A stretch of 62,517 bases of DNA, filler included, from a bacterium (GTDB lineage Bacteria; UBP15; UBA6099; JAJRTR01): NCBI GenBank assembly GCA_024278215.1. It is 4 parts of 4 records of this genome, joined end to end, with 100 filler letters (N's around TTAATTAATTAA, not from the genome) between each part and the next. Parts side by side here need not be neighbours in the genome. Positions count along the whole stretch, not along the records: positions 1 to 21,305 come from JAJRTR010000085.1; positions 21,406 to 49,324 come from JAJRTR010000086.1; 2 more parts are not named here. One strand, written 5' to 3'. The notes under the pieces are model-generated. The model was not told where the DNA came from. It saw nothing but the letters and a program-made list of their open reading frames with translations, and did no database searches. Below, piece by piece: positions 19,437-29,307 of this stretch. Numbering within the stretch: position 1 is the stretch's first letter; each line of letters starts with the position of its first letter. The translations under genes were made by a program, and so were the position numbers.

Positions 19437-21221
19437 ATGGCGCACTGGATCAGGGAGTTCTCGGAATACCCGCGCCCCGACAGGATCAGAGAACAAACAC
19501 TTGTCCTGGACGGTGAGTGGGACTTCAGCAGCGAGCCCGTCGACCTCGGTCCGTTCGCAAGAAGCATCAATCATGTGCGCTGGGACCGGAAGATAAATGT
19601 TCCTTTCTGTGTCGAATCGGAGCTTTCGGGTGTAGCGGCGACAAGCGCGCCGGGCGTGATGTGGTACCGGCACCGGTTCGAACTCGATAAAGAATTTGTC
19701 GACGGGCGAAGTGTCCTGTTGAATATAGGCGCTGTTGATTACGAGGCGGGCGTATGGCTTAACGGTACTTTTGTCGGAACCCACAGAGGCGGCTACACGC
19801 CACTGCGCGCAGATGTAACGGAGGCTGCGCGTGCCGGCGACAACGAACTTATTGTCCGTGTCACCGACACGCTCGACCTGCGTGTGCCGCGTGGCAAACA
19901 GTCTTTCTTTTCCAAACCCTTCAGCATATTTTATACAACCGTCAGTGGTATATGGCAGAGTGTTTATCTCGAGAGCGCGGGCCGGGCGTACCTGCGAAAC
20001 ATAAAAATAGACACCGATCCGGGTACCGGACTCGCACACATAGCGGCAGACGCGACCGGCGACGCGGGCGGGTATACTTTGCGCGTCGGCATACTTGACG
20101 ACGACGGTGCCAGGATTGCAAGCGTAAGCGATAGATTTGAAATATTGGAATCTACTCCCTCGCCGGTTTCCACGGAGCTCAAACTGGAATCGCCGTGTTT
20201 GTGGAGCCACACTGCCCCCGCGCTCTACAGGGTCGTGCTGGAAGTCCTGAGTGCCGACGGCGAAGCACTCGACACTGTGAAAACTTATATCGGTTTCAGG
20301 TCGATTGCAGTCGAAGACGGCAAGATATTGCTCAACGGCGAACGGCTATATCTGAAGATGCTGCTCAACCAGGGCTATTTCCCCGGCGGCCACTACACAC
20401 CTGAAAGCTGGGACTGGTTCCGGCGTGATGTCGAGCAGGCGCTCGATATGGGATTCAACGGGGTGCGATTGCACCAGAAGGTAGAAAACCCGAAGTTTCT
20501 TTTCTGGTGCGATGCGCTGGGGCTGCTTGTGTGGGAGGAAATGCCGTCGGCGTTCCTGTGGTCGCGCAGGATGCGGCACGCGATTCGGCAGCAGTGGACC
20601 GATGTCATTCGCCGCGACAGAGCCCATCCTTCCATCATAACATGGGTGCCGTTCAACGAAAGCTGGGGAGTCAATAACCTTGTTGTTTCCAGCCGTGTGC
20701 GCGATTTCATTGTCGAGATAAAACGGATGACGCATGAACTCGACCCGACCCGTCCGGTTGTGGACAACAGCGGTTTCGAACATGTGCAGACAGATATAAT
20801 GGACCTGCACCATTATCTCGGATCGGTGGACAGGTGCAGGGAGTATTATGAACGATTGCGGTCGTCTGAGAACATGGCGTTCGAGGCGAAAAATATTATC
20901 GGCCGCCTCGACCCGGCCCGCACACCCGTGTCTCCGCTCGCCCCCGGCGCGAAATACAACGGAGAGCCGATAGTGATAAGCGAGTACGGCGGTTTCGGCT
21001 TCTATAAAACCGACGAGCGACCGCTGCTGGATAATTTCAGGGACTACACGATTGCAATCGCCGAGGACGACCTCTTTCACGGCTACTGCTATACGCAGCA
21101 GTATGACACGGAACAGGAAGCGAACGGGCTTCTCACATTCAGCCGTGACGCGAAGCTGCCGCTTGAGGATATAAAAGCCGTCAACGACAGGGTGGACGAA
21201 ATTGTCGAATCACGAAAATGA
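19437..21221 (+). CDS. Glycoside hydrolase family 2 (beta-galactosidase/glucuronidase-like)
   Basis: EYPRPD, GAVDY, HRGGYTP, SGIWQSVYLE, GFNGVRLHQK, FNESWG, SEYGG, EQEANGL. Confidence 0.92.
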   Translation: MAHWIREFSEYPRPDRIREQTLVLDGEWDFSSEPVDLGPFARSINHVRWDRKINVPFCVESELSGVAATSAPGVMWYRHRFELDKEFVDGRSVLLNIGAVDYEAGVWLNGTFVGTHRGGYTPLRADVTEAARAGDNELIVRVTDTLDLRVPRGKQSFFSKPFSIFYTTVSGIWQSVYLESAGRAYLRNIKIDTDPGTGLAHIAADATGDAGGYTLRVGILDDDGARIASVSDRFEILESTPSPVSTELKLESPCLWSHTAPALYRVVLEVLSADGEALDTVKTYIGFRSIAVEDGKILLNGERLYLKMLLNQGYFPGGHYTPESWDWFRRDVEQALDMGFNGVRLHQKVENPKFLFWCDALGLLVWEEMPSAFLWSRRMRHAIRQQWTDVIRRDRAHPSIITWVPFNESWGVNNLVVSSRVRDFIVEIKRMTHELDPTRPVVDNSGFEHVQTDIMDLHHYLGSVDRCREYYERLRSSENMAFEAKNIIGRLDPARTPVSPLAPGAKYNGEPIVISEYGGFGFYKTDERPLLDNFRDYTIAIAEDDLFHGYCYTQQYDTEQEANGLLTFSRDAKLPLEDIKAVNDRVDEIVESRK

Positions 21222-21305
21222 AAATATGTTGCCTGCCCGCGACGCCCCCGGTCTGAGCAGTGAGAACAGCGACGAAGAAATACCTTATGACGCTACCGAC
21301 GGGAC

Positions 21306-21405
21306 NNNNNNNNNNNNNNNNNNNNNNNNNNNNNNNNNNNNNNNNNNNNTTAATTAATTAANNNNNNNNNNNNNNNNNNNNNNNNNNNNNNNNNNNNNNN
21401 NNNNN
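21306..21405. other. Artificial contig junction (N run with TTAATTAATTAA linker)
   Basis: N padding around TTAATTAATTAA (stops in all six frames) at 21350-21361. Confidence 0.97.
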
Positions 21406-21417
21406 ACATCTGAAATT

Positions 21418-21493
21418 TCTGGAATGCAACGACTGTGTCGTTGCAACTGTGAAGAAGTCGCATTTCGCAAAAACTGACGTTTTTGCATTCCAG
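21418..21493. repeat. REPIN-like inverted pair of REP hairpins
   Basis: CTGGAAT-GCAACGAC-TGT-GTCGTTGC and, inverted, CTGGAAT-GCAAAAAC-GTCA-GTTTTTGC. Confidence 0.65.
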
Positions 21494-21640
21494 GATTTTC
21501 TGATAGTGCCGTTAAACTCAAAATCCGCGGGTTGTCATTCTGAGCGAAGCGAAGAATCGTCAGGTGTTTAACGCATTATTTTCAATGTCCCCCGTGAACA
21601 GTTACGTTTCCTTTTTATCCGTTGAACGGAAACACGCCTT

Positions 21641-22186
21641 TTAACGATGTTCCTCTTCCAGCATCTCTTTTAATTTTTTTAAAGCGCTGTGCATACGACC
21701 GAGCGCGGTATTGAGAGGGCAATCGAGAATGTCGGCGATGTCCTTGAAAGGAAGACCGGCATATTCCCTGAGAATCACCACGTCGCGCTGCCCGGGCGGT
21801 AGTTCGAGAATGAGACGGCGTATCGTGCGTGCCTGTTCGTCGATCCGGTACTCCTCTTCAGGGCCCCTGACGGTCTCGAAGGATTGTTCCGCGTCGCGGG
21901 TACGCTCAGCGCGGGTTTTCACGCGCCGCAGGGCGTCCATGAGTGCATTGTCCGCGATCTTGAACATCCAGCTGGAGAACTTGCGGGAAGTGTCGAACCT
22001 CCGCGCGCCGTTCATTATTTTGATGAATACCTCCTGGAGCACTTCCTCGGCGGTCTCACTGCCGACGCCCGGCCTCATGGCAATAAACCTGTAGAGCGGC
22101 CCGCGGTATCTTTCGTACAGTTCGTCGAAAGCTTCCGCGTTTCCACTCGTGAACAGTTCCATAAGTTCTTCGTCGGTCCTGCCCAA
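21641..22186 (-). CDS. ECF (sigma-24 type) RNA polymerase sigma factor
   Basis: DEELM..AFDELYERY, AEEVLQEVF, FSSWMFKIA.N, LPPGQRDV, FKDIADILDCPLNTALGRMH; TTG start. Confidence 0.9.
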   Translation of the reverse strand: MGRTDEELMELFTSGNAEAFDELYERYRGPLYRFIAMRPGVGSETAEEVLQEVFIKIMNGARRFDTSRKFSSWMFKIADNALMDALRRVKTRAERTRDAEQSFETVRGPEEEYRIDEQARTIRRLILELPPGQRDVVILREYAGLPFKDIADILDCPLNTALGRMHSALKKLKEMLEEEHR

Positions 22187-22479
22187 GCTTGTCTTTTCCG
22201 TTCTATCAGTATCTACGCGCCGGGTGTGCGAAATATTTGATTAATATCACAAATTTTTCGACCATGCCGTCGTCACTGCAATATTGTATTAGAAAACAGT
22301 AAAAATCGGGAGACAGGCTTCGTTTTTTATGCGAATCCGGTCTCATCCGGTTTGCCGACGACCGGACAAAAATCTTTTCACTTTCCAAAATAAGCGCGAT
22401 CTGATGGAATATAATATGTATGGTGGAATATACAATTAACGGCGGTGAGGAGTTTATTTACAGTTCAAACTGAATCAAG

Positions 22480-23859
22480 GTGGAACCATATCTAATATCA
22501 GGATTCTTACTGCTGCTGCTTCTTTTTGTCGGAAGCGCAGTCTTTTCCGCGACGGAAACGTCTCTTATTTCGCTGAGCCGGAGTCGCCTGCGCCTGTTGC
22601 AGGAGGAGCATCCGCGCATGGCGAAGTATTTCGAAGCATGGATAGAAAACCCCAACCGCCTGCTCACCACAATGCTCATCGGCATCAATGTGCTGAATAT
22701 TACATCGGCGATCGTCGCCGAAAACCTCATTTAGTATTTTGTTAAAGAATGGAAGTTGCCCGAATGGTCGGGAACGGTGATAAGCATCGGGTTTGTCTCG
22801 GTATTCGTGCTGATATTCTGTGAGTTCATCCCGAAGATCGTGGCATATCACAATGCGCCCGAATACGCAACGAAACTGATCAGGCCGCTGCTGATTTCCG
22901 ACAGGATACTATCGCCGCTGGGCAACACGCTGCTCTGGGTGGGAAACGCGATAATAAAGATGTTCGGCGGCAAGGGCGGCATACCGCAGAGTTCATATGT
23001 TTCAGAAGCTGAGATCATACACATGGTCGACCGCGGCGAGCGGCAGGGTGTACTGGAAAAAGATGAAAGCGATATGATCCGCAGCATATTCGAGTTCGGA
23101 GAGACGCAGGTGAAAGAAGTGATGGTGCCGCGCCCCGACATGCACTGTGCCTCCGCGGATTCCACCGTAATCGAAATAGCGAGATTCATCGACGAGGTCA
23201 ATCACTCGCGAATCCCCGTTTTCGACGGCAACGAAGATAATATTGTCGGCATCATAAACTCGAACGCCATACTGAAAGCCCTGCGCGAAGGACGCGACAA
23301 TGAAAACATCAGGCCGATTCTGCGTGAGGCGTACTTTGTCCCGGAATCGAAAATGGTGGACGACCTGCTGCACGAATTTCAGTCGATGCGCGCACACATA
23401 GCGATAGTGATCGACGAATACGGCAGCACGGCCGGCCTCGTGACGATCGAGGATGTAATCGAGGAGATCGTGGGCGAAATACGCGACGAATACGACACTG
23501 AAGAACCGCTCTACCGCTGGACTTCCGGGGACACTGTCCGTGTGAACGCCCGCATGGATGTAACCGAACTCAACGAAATACTCGACATAAAATTGCCTGA
23601 TGAAGAAGGCTACGAATCGCTGGGCGGACTCATTATGAGCCAGCTTGGCCGGCTGCCCCGCCAGGGTGACGCCCTTACTATCGACGATATAGAACTTGTC
23701 GTCGAAAAGATGGCCGGTCGCCGCATAATAAACGTACTGATCCGCATCCCGACGAAGCGCCGCGAGCATGAGCCCGAACACGAACCTGATGCCGACAGCG
23801 GGAATAAAAACGGCTCCGGCGGCACGCGCAGCCAGGAAAACATGGAAGATAATTTATGA
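22480..23859 (+). pseudogene. CNNM/HlyC-CorC (hemolysin-family) protein interrupted by one in-frame TAG at 22732-22734
   Basis: ORFs 22480-22734 and 22756-23859 share a frame; FSATETSL, LLTTMLIG, EFIPK, CBS pair (VMVPR, HSRIPV, DEYG..GLVTIEDVIEEIVGEI), CorC domain. Confidence 0.8.
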
Positions 23860-25232
23860 CACCGACCGCCATAGGAATTCTGCTTTTCTGCGTCTTTTTC
23901 GTTTTCGCCGCGCTGATGTACACCGGCAGGATGCCCGCGCTTATCGCCCTGCCGCTCATGGCCGCGGCGCTGTATGTTGTGGGCGGCGTTTTCTACCACG
24001 AGGTTTCATTCACATATCCCGGCTCGAACGCGGTGGTTTTTCTCAAGGATTTCGTGCGCGTGGTAATCGAGGAGGGAATGCCGCGGCTCCTGAAATATGT
24101 CATCACTGTGCTGCTGGGAGCAGTACTGGCGGAGCTGCTGAAAGCAAGCGGCGTGTCGAGAACAATCATCCGGTGGGCGTCGGAACTCGGCGGGGACAAC
24201 AAAGTTGTGATGTGCCTGCTGCTGACCGGTGCGACGGCGCTGCTGTTCACATCGCTGGCGGGCCTCGGCGGCGTGATCATGGTAGCGACCATCGTGCTGC
24301 CGGTGCTGTTGAGCCTGGGAATCAGCGCGCCGGTCGCCGGCTCGATCTTCCTGCTGGGCATGAGCCTGGGCGGCGCGTTCAACCCTGTAAACTGGGCACT
24401 GTTCATAAATGTGCTCAAGGCCGGCGGCATGGAAGAGTCAGTCGCTTATGAAAAACTCCTGTCCTTTGTAGTTCCCTTCGCGGGTATATTCCTTGTCGTA
24501 ATCGTTGCGTTCATATTGCTGAACGCGCGGAAAGCGGCGTCGGCGTTCTGGGCCGTGCAGCGCAAGAGCGCGGCGGGAGACGCTCCTGCCGCGGGCGGGC
24601 TCGCCCTGCTGTCGCCCGTAGTACCTATTTTCCTTATTCTAAGCTTCAACATCGCCGACATGCTCACGAAAAAAGACATATATGATTTTCCGATAAACAC
24701 GGCGCTTCTCATAGGTGTCATCTACTGCCTCATCACCACTGGCCGCGGCCCCAACGGCAGGTTTCAGAGAATGGCGAAGGCAATATTCGACGCGATAAGC
24801 GCGTCCGCGCCGGTCATCGCCCTCATAATCGGCATCGGCATGACAATCCGCGTCGTGTGGGACCCCGCTGTGAGCACATACATGGAGCCCGTGCTGAAAC
24901 AGATAATCCCCGGTTCGCCAATATTATATGTAATAGTTTTCACGGCGCTGGCGCCGCTCGCGCTCTATCGCGGGCCGTTCAACGTATGGGGTATGGGCAT
25001 CGCGGTGGGCTCGATAATCATTTCCACAGGAGTGCTGCCGCCGGTGGCCGTCATGGGAATGCTTTATTCCGTCGGAATGATACAGGGAGTAAGCGACCCG
25101 ACGAACACGCACAACGCGTGGATCGCCGGTTTCCTTGGCGAAGATGTTAATGTTTTCACACGAAAAACACTTCCTTATACATGGCTGCTGGCCGCGGCCG
25201 GCCTCATTCTCGCGGCTTTCAAATTTTTCTGA
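23856..25232 (+). CDS. Secondary transporter, ion-transporter superfamily (citrate/GntP-like)
   Basis: About 12 hydrophobic helices; LALYRGPFNVWGMG and DPTNTHN segments. Confidence 0.65.
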   Translation: MTPTAIGILLFCVFFVFAALMYTGRMPALIALPLMAAALYVVGGVFYHEVSFTYPGSNAVVFLKDFVRVVIEEGMPRLLKYVITVLLGAVLAELLKASGVSRTIIRWASELGGDNKVVMCLLLTGATALLFTSLAGLGGVIMVATIVLPVLLSLGISAPVAGSIFLLGMSLGGAFNPVNWALFINVLKAGGMEESVAYEKLLSFVVPFAGIFLVVIVAFILLNARKAASAFWAVQRKSAAGDAPAAGGLALLSPVVPIFLILSFNIADMLTKKDIYDFPINTALLIGVIYCLITTGRGPNGRFQRMAKAIFDAISASAPVIALIIGIGMTIRVVWDPAVSTYMEPVLKQIIPGSPILYVIVFTALAPLALYRGPFNVWGMGIAVGSIIISTGVLPPVAVMGMLYSVGMIQGVSDPTNTHNAWIAGFLGEDVNVFTRKTLPYTWLLAAAGLILAAFKFF

Positions 25233-25271
25233 TTATCCTTATACTTTTATCAAATTATTGGAAGAAATCAC

Positions 25272-26789
25272 ATGCCGGAAAATACTGAAGACCTGTTCAA
25301 CGTACCTTTTGTAGACCTCGACTACGACGATCCCGACAGGATATTCACACGTATGCTCGAAGAAATACAGCAGAAGGAGCGCATCAGCCTGCTCGCGCTG
25401 ACTTTCCCCGTGGAAGAAGAGAAAAACACCTGCGTAACACTCTCACTGTCCGGCGGAAAAACAAACTGGGAAAGTCGCAGGTTCAACAACCCCGAGTCCG
25501 AACCGGACATTGCGACAATAATCAGCGGAAAGCCCAAGGCGACAAACGATTTCACCGGCACGGGAAACACCGACTGGGAGAGAATCAGGGGCTGGGTCGA
25601 AGGCGCGACATCCGCAATCTGTGTGCCCCTCGTGCATGAGGAAAAGGTCTTCGGCTGCGCCACCGCGATACGCAATAACGGCGCAGAAGCCGCATCAGAA
25701 AACGCTATCGAGCAACTTGCGCTTGCGCTCAAGCCCTATTCGGTTTCTATTTATGTCACCAGGATCATGAGGATGTGGATAAAGAAAATCAGCCACATCA
25801 ATTCACTTATTCATGTCAGCACACTGATAAGTTCCAGCCTCGATCTCGACCAGATACTTGAATATGCGCTGATCACGGCCTCGTCCATATCGAACGCCGA
25901 GGCGAGTTCGCTACTGTTGCTGGATGAAGAATCGCAACGGGCATATTTCAAAGCGGCGATCGGCGCGAGGGCGGATGAACTGAAAAACTATCATCTGGAA
26001 CCAGGTGAAGGCGTCGCCGGCTGGGTGGCGCTCCATGGCCGGCCTCTCAATGTTCCCGATGTCACGGTCGAGCCAAGGTTCAGCAGCAGGATCGCGGATG
26101 CTGTGGATTTTCCCGTGCGCAACATGCTCTGTGTGCCACTGAAGGTGAAGAAAAAAACACTCGGCGCGCTCGAAGTTCTGAACAAAAAAGACGATGCCGC
26201 CGGCTTCGACTGGATGGACATGACATCGCTGATCGCAATCGCCAATCAGGCGGCGGTCTCCATCGAAAACTCGCGCCTCTACATGGATGCTATCACCGAC
26301 CCGCTCACAGGCGTGTACTCCCGGCGCTTCTACCAGAACCAGTTCCGAAAAGAAGCGGAAAAAGCTAAAAGGAGCGGCACCAACCTTTCACTGCTCGTGT
26401 TCGACATCGATAATTTTAAAATATTCAACGACACCTACGGCCACGAGACAGGCGACGTCGTTTTGCAGAAAGTCGCCGGGATAATTAAGAATAACCTCAG
26501 GCTGTCCGATACTGCCGCCCGCTACGGAGGCGAAGAATTTGTCGTGATCCTTCCGGACACCGACCGTGAGGACGCGAAAATGATCGCCGAACGAATACGC
26601 GCCCGCATCGCGGCTGCAACTATTGACAACAGAGATGAAGACATCTTTGTGACAATCAGCGGGGGAGCGGCCACCTATCCTCTGGACACCAACCGCTACG
26701 AAAATCTTTTCTTCCAGGCCGACCACGCCATGTACGTCGCTAAACAAGCCGGAAAAAACATCATCAAAACCTCCGCCGACTCCGCATGA
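25272..26789 (+). CDS. GAF-domain diguanylate cyclase
   Basis: GAF (GEGVAGWV, MLCVPL, GALEVLNK), TDPLTG, DIDNFKIFNDTYGH, RLSD I-site, GGEEF. Confidence 0.92.
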   Translation: MPENTEDLFNVPFVDLDYDDPDRIFTRMLEEIQQKERISLLALTFPVEEEKNTCVTLSLSGGKTNWESRRFNNPESEPDIATIISGKPKATNDFTGTGNTDWERIRGWVEGATSAICVPLVHEEKVFGCATAIRNNGAEAASENAIEQLALALKPYSVSIYVTRIMRMWIKKISHINSLIHVSTLISSSLDLDQILEYALITASSISNAEASSLLLLDEESQRAYFKAAIGARADELKNYHLEPGEGVAGWVALHGRPLNVPDVTVEPRFSSRIADAVDFPVRNMLCVPLKVKKKTLGALEVLNKKDDAAGFDWMDMTSLIAIANQAAVSIENSRLYMDAITDPLTGVYSRRFYQNQFRKEAEKAKRSGTNLSLLVFDIDNFKIFNDTYGHETGDVVLQKVAGIIKNNLRLSDTAARYGGEEFVVILPDTDREDAKMIAERIRARIAAATIDNRDEDIFVTISGGAATYPLDTNRYENLFFQADHAMYVAKQAGKNIIKTSADSA

Positions 26790-26825
26790 TGACTCCGCCC
26801 TACACTCAAAACGTCGATACAAAGT

Positions 26826-26958
26826 TGATTCGTGTGTAAAAAGTCACGGATGACATTTGTCAACAGACAATAAGCGACAATAGAGAACTCGCAAAGAGCG
26901 TTTTTGTGCATTTCCGCCGACTTTAACAACAACGGCTGTATTGAAAATGATGTAACAC
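26826..26958. mobile_element. MITE family B, degenerate copy in opposite orientation
   Basis: TGATTCGTGTGTAAAAAGTC..GATGACATTTGTCAAC..CCGACTTT..TTGAAAATGA aligns collinearly with the reverse complement of 14001-14143. Confidence 0.65.
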
Positions 26959-27317
26959 TAAAAAACAGCGTTACCAGTCCCTGTTTTTCGCACATTAAAA
27001 ATGTGGTTGCTTTTAACTCACTTTTATGTCGCACACCCTCCGGAATTCCACGACTTTACTTCAGATGTCTAAAGTGTTGCAGAATAACTAATTACACACG
27101 ATGCAAAGTTGACACGACACCATGTTGTTTCACGATCCTACATACGCAATTCTTATTGATAAACGCTTTATCTCATATAGCTAACGCTTTATTAGTCAAA
27201 TTTATATTTGCATAAAAATCTTCGGGGCGATAATGTAATAGACAATGTAATAGATAATATGATATGTGCAAGCTGTAAATATTGGAAAAAGGGCTTGTGA
27301 AAAAAACAAAAAAAAGT

Positions 27318-27368
27318 TTGTGCATTTTACCACAATCGCTTGACACGCTTGATTGTTTCACATAAAAT
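27318..27368 (+). promoter_or_regulatory. Sigma70 promoter of the nuo operon with an adjacent Rex-like operator
   Basis: TTGACA (27340)-17 bp-TAAAAT (27363); TTGTG-N8-CACAA at 27318-27335. Confidence 0.65.
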
Positions 27369-27479
27369 TCAGCGATTGTTATGCAATCCGGCAGGTGTTC
27401 ACCTGTTAACGCTTAAAGTTTTAAAAGATTTTTATGGAGATGTTGAAGACCGGCGCAACCAGCCGGCGCAACTTGGGAA

Positions 27480-27947
27480 ATGGATTTTTCGGCTGAAACA
27501 AAAGAACGTATCGAGAAGATTAAAAGCAGGTATCCCAGTGTGATGGCTGCTCTGCTTCCGACGCTGCATCTTGCGCAGAAGGAATTCGGTTACATATCCT
27601 CCGAGGTGGAAGAATATGTGGCCGGTTATCTTGATCTGCCTGTGACGCATGTGCACGGCGTTGCGACGTTCTACACGATGTACAATAAAAAGCCGGTCGG
27701 CAAGTACCACATACAGGTCTGCACAAACATCTCCTGTTCGCTTCTCGGGGCGGACCATCTTTTCGATTACCTTTCAAAAAAGCTCAAAATCGGCGATGGG
27801 GAGACTACGGAAGACAAGAAGTTCACGCTTTCGAGCGTCGAGTGTCTCGGTTCGTGCGGCACTGCGCCGGTGATGCAGATAAACGATGATTATTACGAAG
27901 ATTTGACTGAAGAGAAAATAGATGAAATTCTGAAAGGCCTCGAATAA
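27480..27947 (+). CDS. nuoE: NADH-quinone oxidoreductase subunit E
   Basis: ATFYTMY, VCTNISC, ECLGSCGTAP. Confidence 0.95.
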   Translation: MDFSAETKERIEKIKSRYPSVMAALLPTLHLAQKEFGYISSEVEEYVAGYLDLPVTHVHGVATFYTMYNKKPVGKYHIQVCTNISCSLLGADHLFDYLSKKLKIGDGETTEDKKFTLSSVECLGSCGTAPVMQINDDYYEDLTEEKIDEILKGLE

Positions 27948-27972
27948 GTCGCGGAGCGGCTACGAATTTTAT

Positions 27973-29286
27973 ATGAGCGAAGATATAAAAAGACTCACAA
28001 GATTCGTCGACGACGATAACCAGCGCCACATAGACACGGCGATGGGCAACGGCGTTTATGACGGGCTAAAAAAGGCGCTGGAAGAACACCAGCCCAAAGA
28101 CATTGTTGATATACTGAAAGCGTCGGGGCTGCGAGGACGCGGCGGTGCGGGATTCCCGACGGGGCTAAAATGGAGTTTCGTGCCGGTAAAAGCCGAAAAG
28201 CCCAAATATCTCTGTTGCAATGCAGACGAAGGCGAGCCGGGCACGTTCAAAGACCGTCTCATTATGGAGCGCGACCCTCACATGCTGATCGAGGGGATCG
28301 TAATCGCGTGTTACGCTATCGGTATCAGGGACGCATACATTTATATAAGGGGCGAGTTCGTCAAACCGGCGGATATACTGGACGAAGCTATCGACGAAGC
28401 CTACGAGAAGGGTTTTCTGGGCGAAAATATACTTGGCAAGAACTTCGAATGCCACATAACAGTGCATCGCGGAGCGGGCGCTTATGTATGCGGCGAAGAG
28501 ACGGGGCTGATCGAATCTCTCGAGGGCAAGCGCGGCCAGCCGCGGCTGAAACCGCCGTTCCCGGCGATCGTGGGTGCTTTCCAGGGGCCGACGGTCGTCA
28601 ATAACGTCGAAACACTCTCGAATGTGCCGTGGATCATTGTCAACGGAGCGGAAAAGTATGCGGAAGTCGGTTCGGAGCGGAATCCCGGCACGAGGATTTT
28701 CGGCGTGAGCGGAATGGTCGAGAAACCCGGCCTCTATGAATTGCCCATGGGCACGACATTACAGGAACTGCTCGATATTGCAGGCGGTGTTAAGGACGGC
28801 AAGAAACTGAAGGCGATTATACCCGGCGGTTCGTCCGCGCCGGCTATGAGTCCGAAAGAACTCGACACGAAGATGGACTTCGACAGCCTGATGAAGGCGG
28901 GAAGCATGGCGGGTTCGGGCGGTATGATCGTGCTGGACGAAACAGTATGCCTGGTGCGTGTGACGCGGCGTCTGCTCGAGTTCTACGCGCATGAAAGCTG
29001 CGGGCAGTGCACGCCGTGCCGCGAGGGAGTGCCGTGGATGCTGAGGATTGTCAGAAACATAGAACTCGGCAAGGGCAAGATGAGCGACATAAAACAGATA
29101 CTAAAGATTTGCGATAATATAAAGATGAGAACCCTCTGTCCGCTGGGTGACGCGGCCGCGATGCCTACGGAAGGGTTTGTGAAGAAGTTCAAAAGCGAGT
29201 TTACGAAACACATACAGACGGGCGAATGCACGGTGGGCGGCCCGCTCGGCTGCGACAGGCGGCCGAGGAAAATCGACCATCACTGA
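27973..29286 (+). CDS. nuoF: NADH-quinone oxidoreductase subunit F
   Basis: GLRGRGGAGFPTG, NADEGEPGTFKDR, GAGAYVCGEET, ESCGQCTPCREG. Confidence 0.96.
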   Translation: MSEDIKRLTRFVDDDNQRHIDTAMGNGVYDGLKKALEEHQPKDIVDILKASGLRGRGGAGFPTGLKWSFVPVKAEKPKYLCCNADEGEPGTFKDRLIMERDPHMLIEGIVIACYAIGIRDAYIYIRGEFVKPADILDEAIDEAYEKGFLGENILGKNFECHITVHRGAGAYVCGEETGLIESLEGKRGQPRLKPPFPAIVGAFQGPTVVNNVETLSNVPWIIVNGAEKYAEVGSERNPGTRIFGVSGMVEKPGLYELPMGTTLQELLDIAGGVKDGKKLKAIIPGGSSAPAMSPKELDTKMDFDSLMKAGSMAGSGGMIVLDETVCLVRVTRRLLEFYAHESCGQCTPCREGVPWMLRIVRNIELGKGKMSDIKQILKICDNIKMRTLCPLGDAAAMPTEGFVKKFKSEFTKHIQTGECTVGGPLGCDRRPRKIDHH

Positions 29287-29307
29287 GCCGGAGTGTAAAG
29301 AAGCTGA

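Noticed and set aside
21350..21361. TTAATTAATTAA repeated three times in N runs
   Set aside because: Artificial six-frame-stop linker from contig concatenation, not biological
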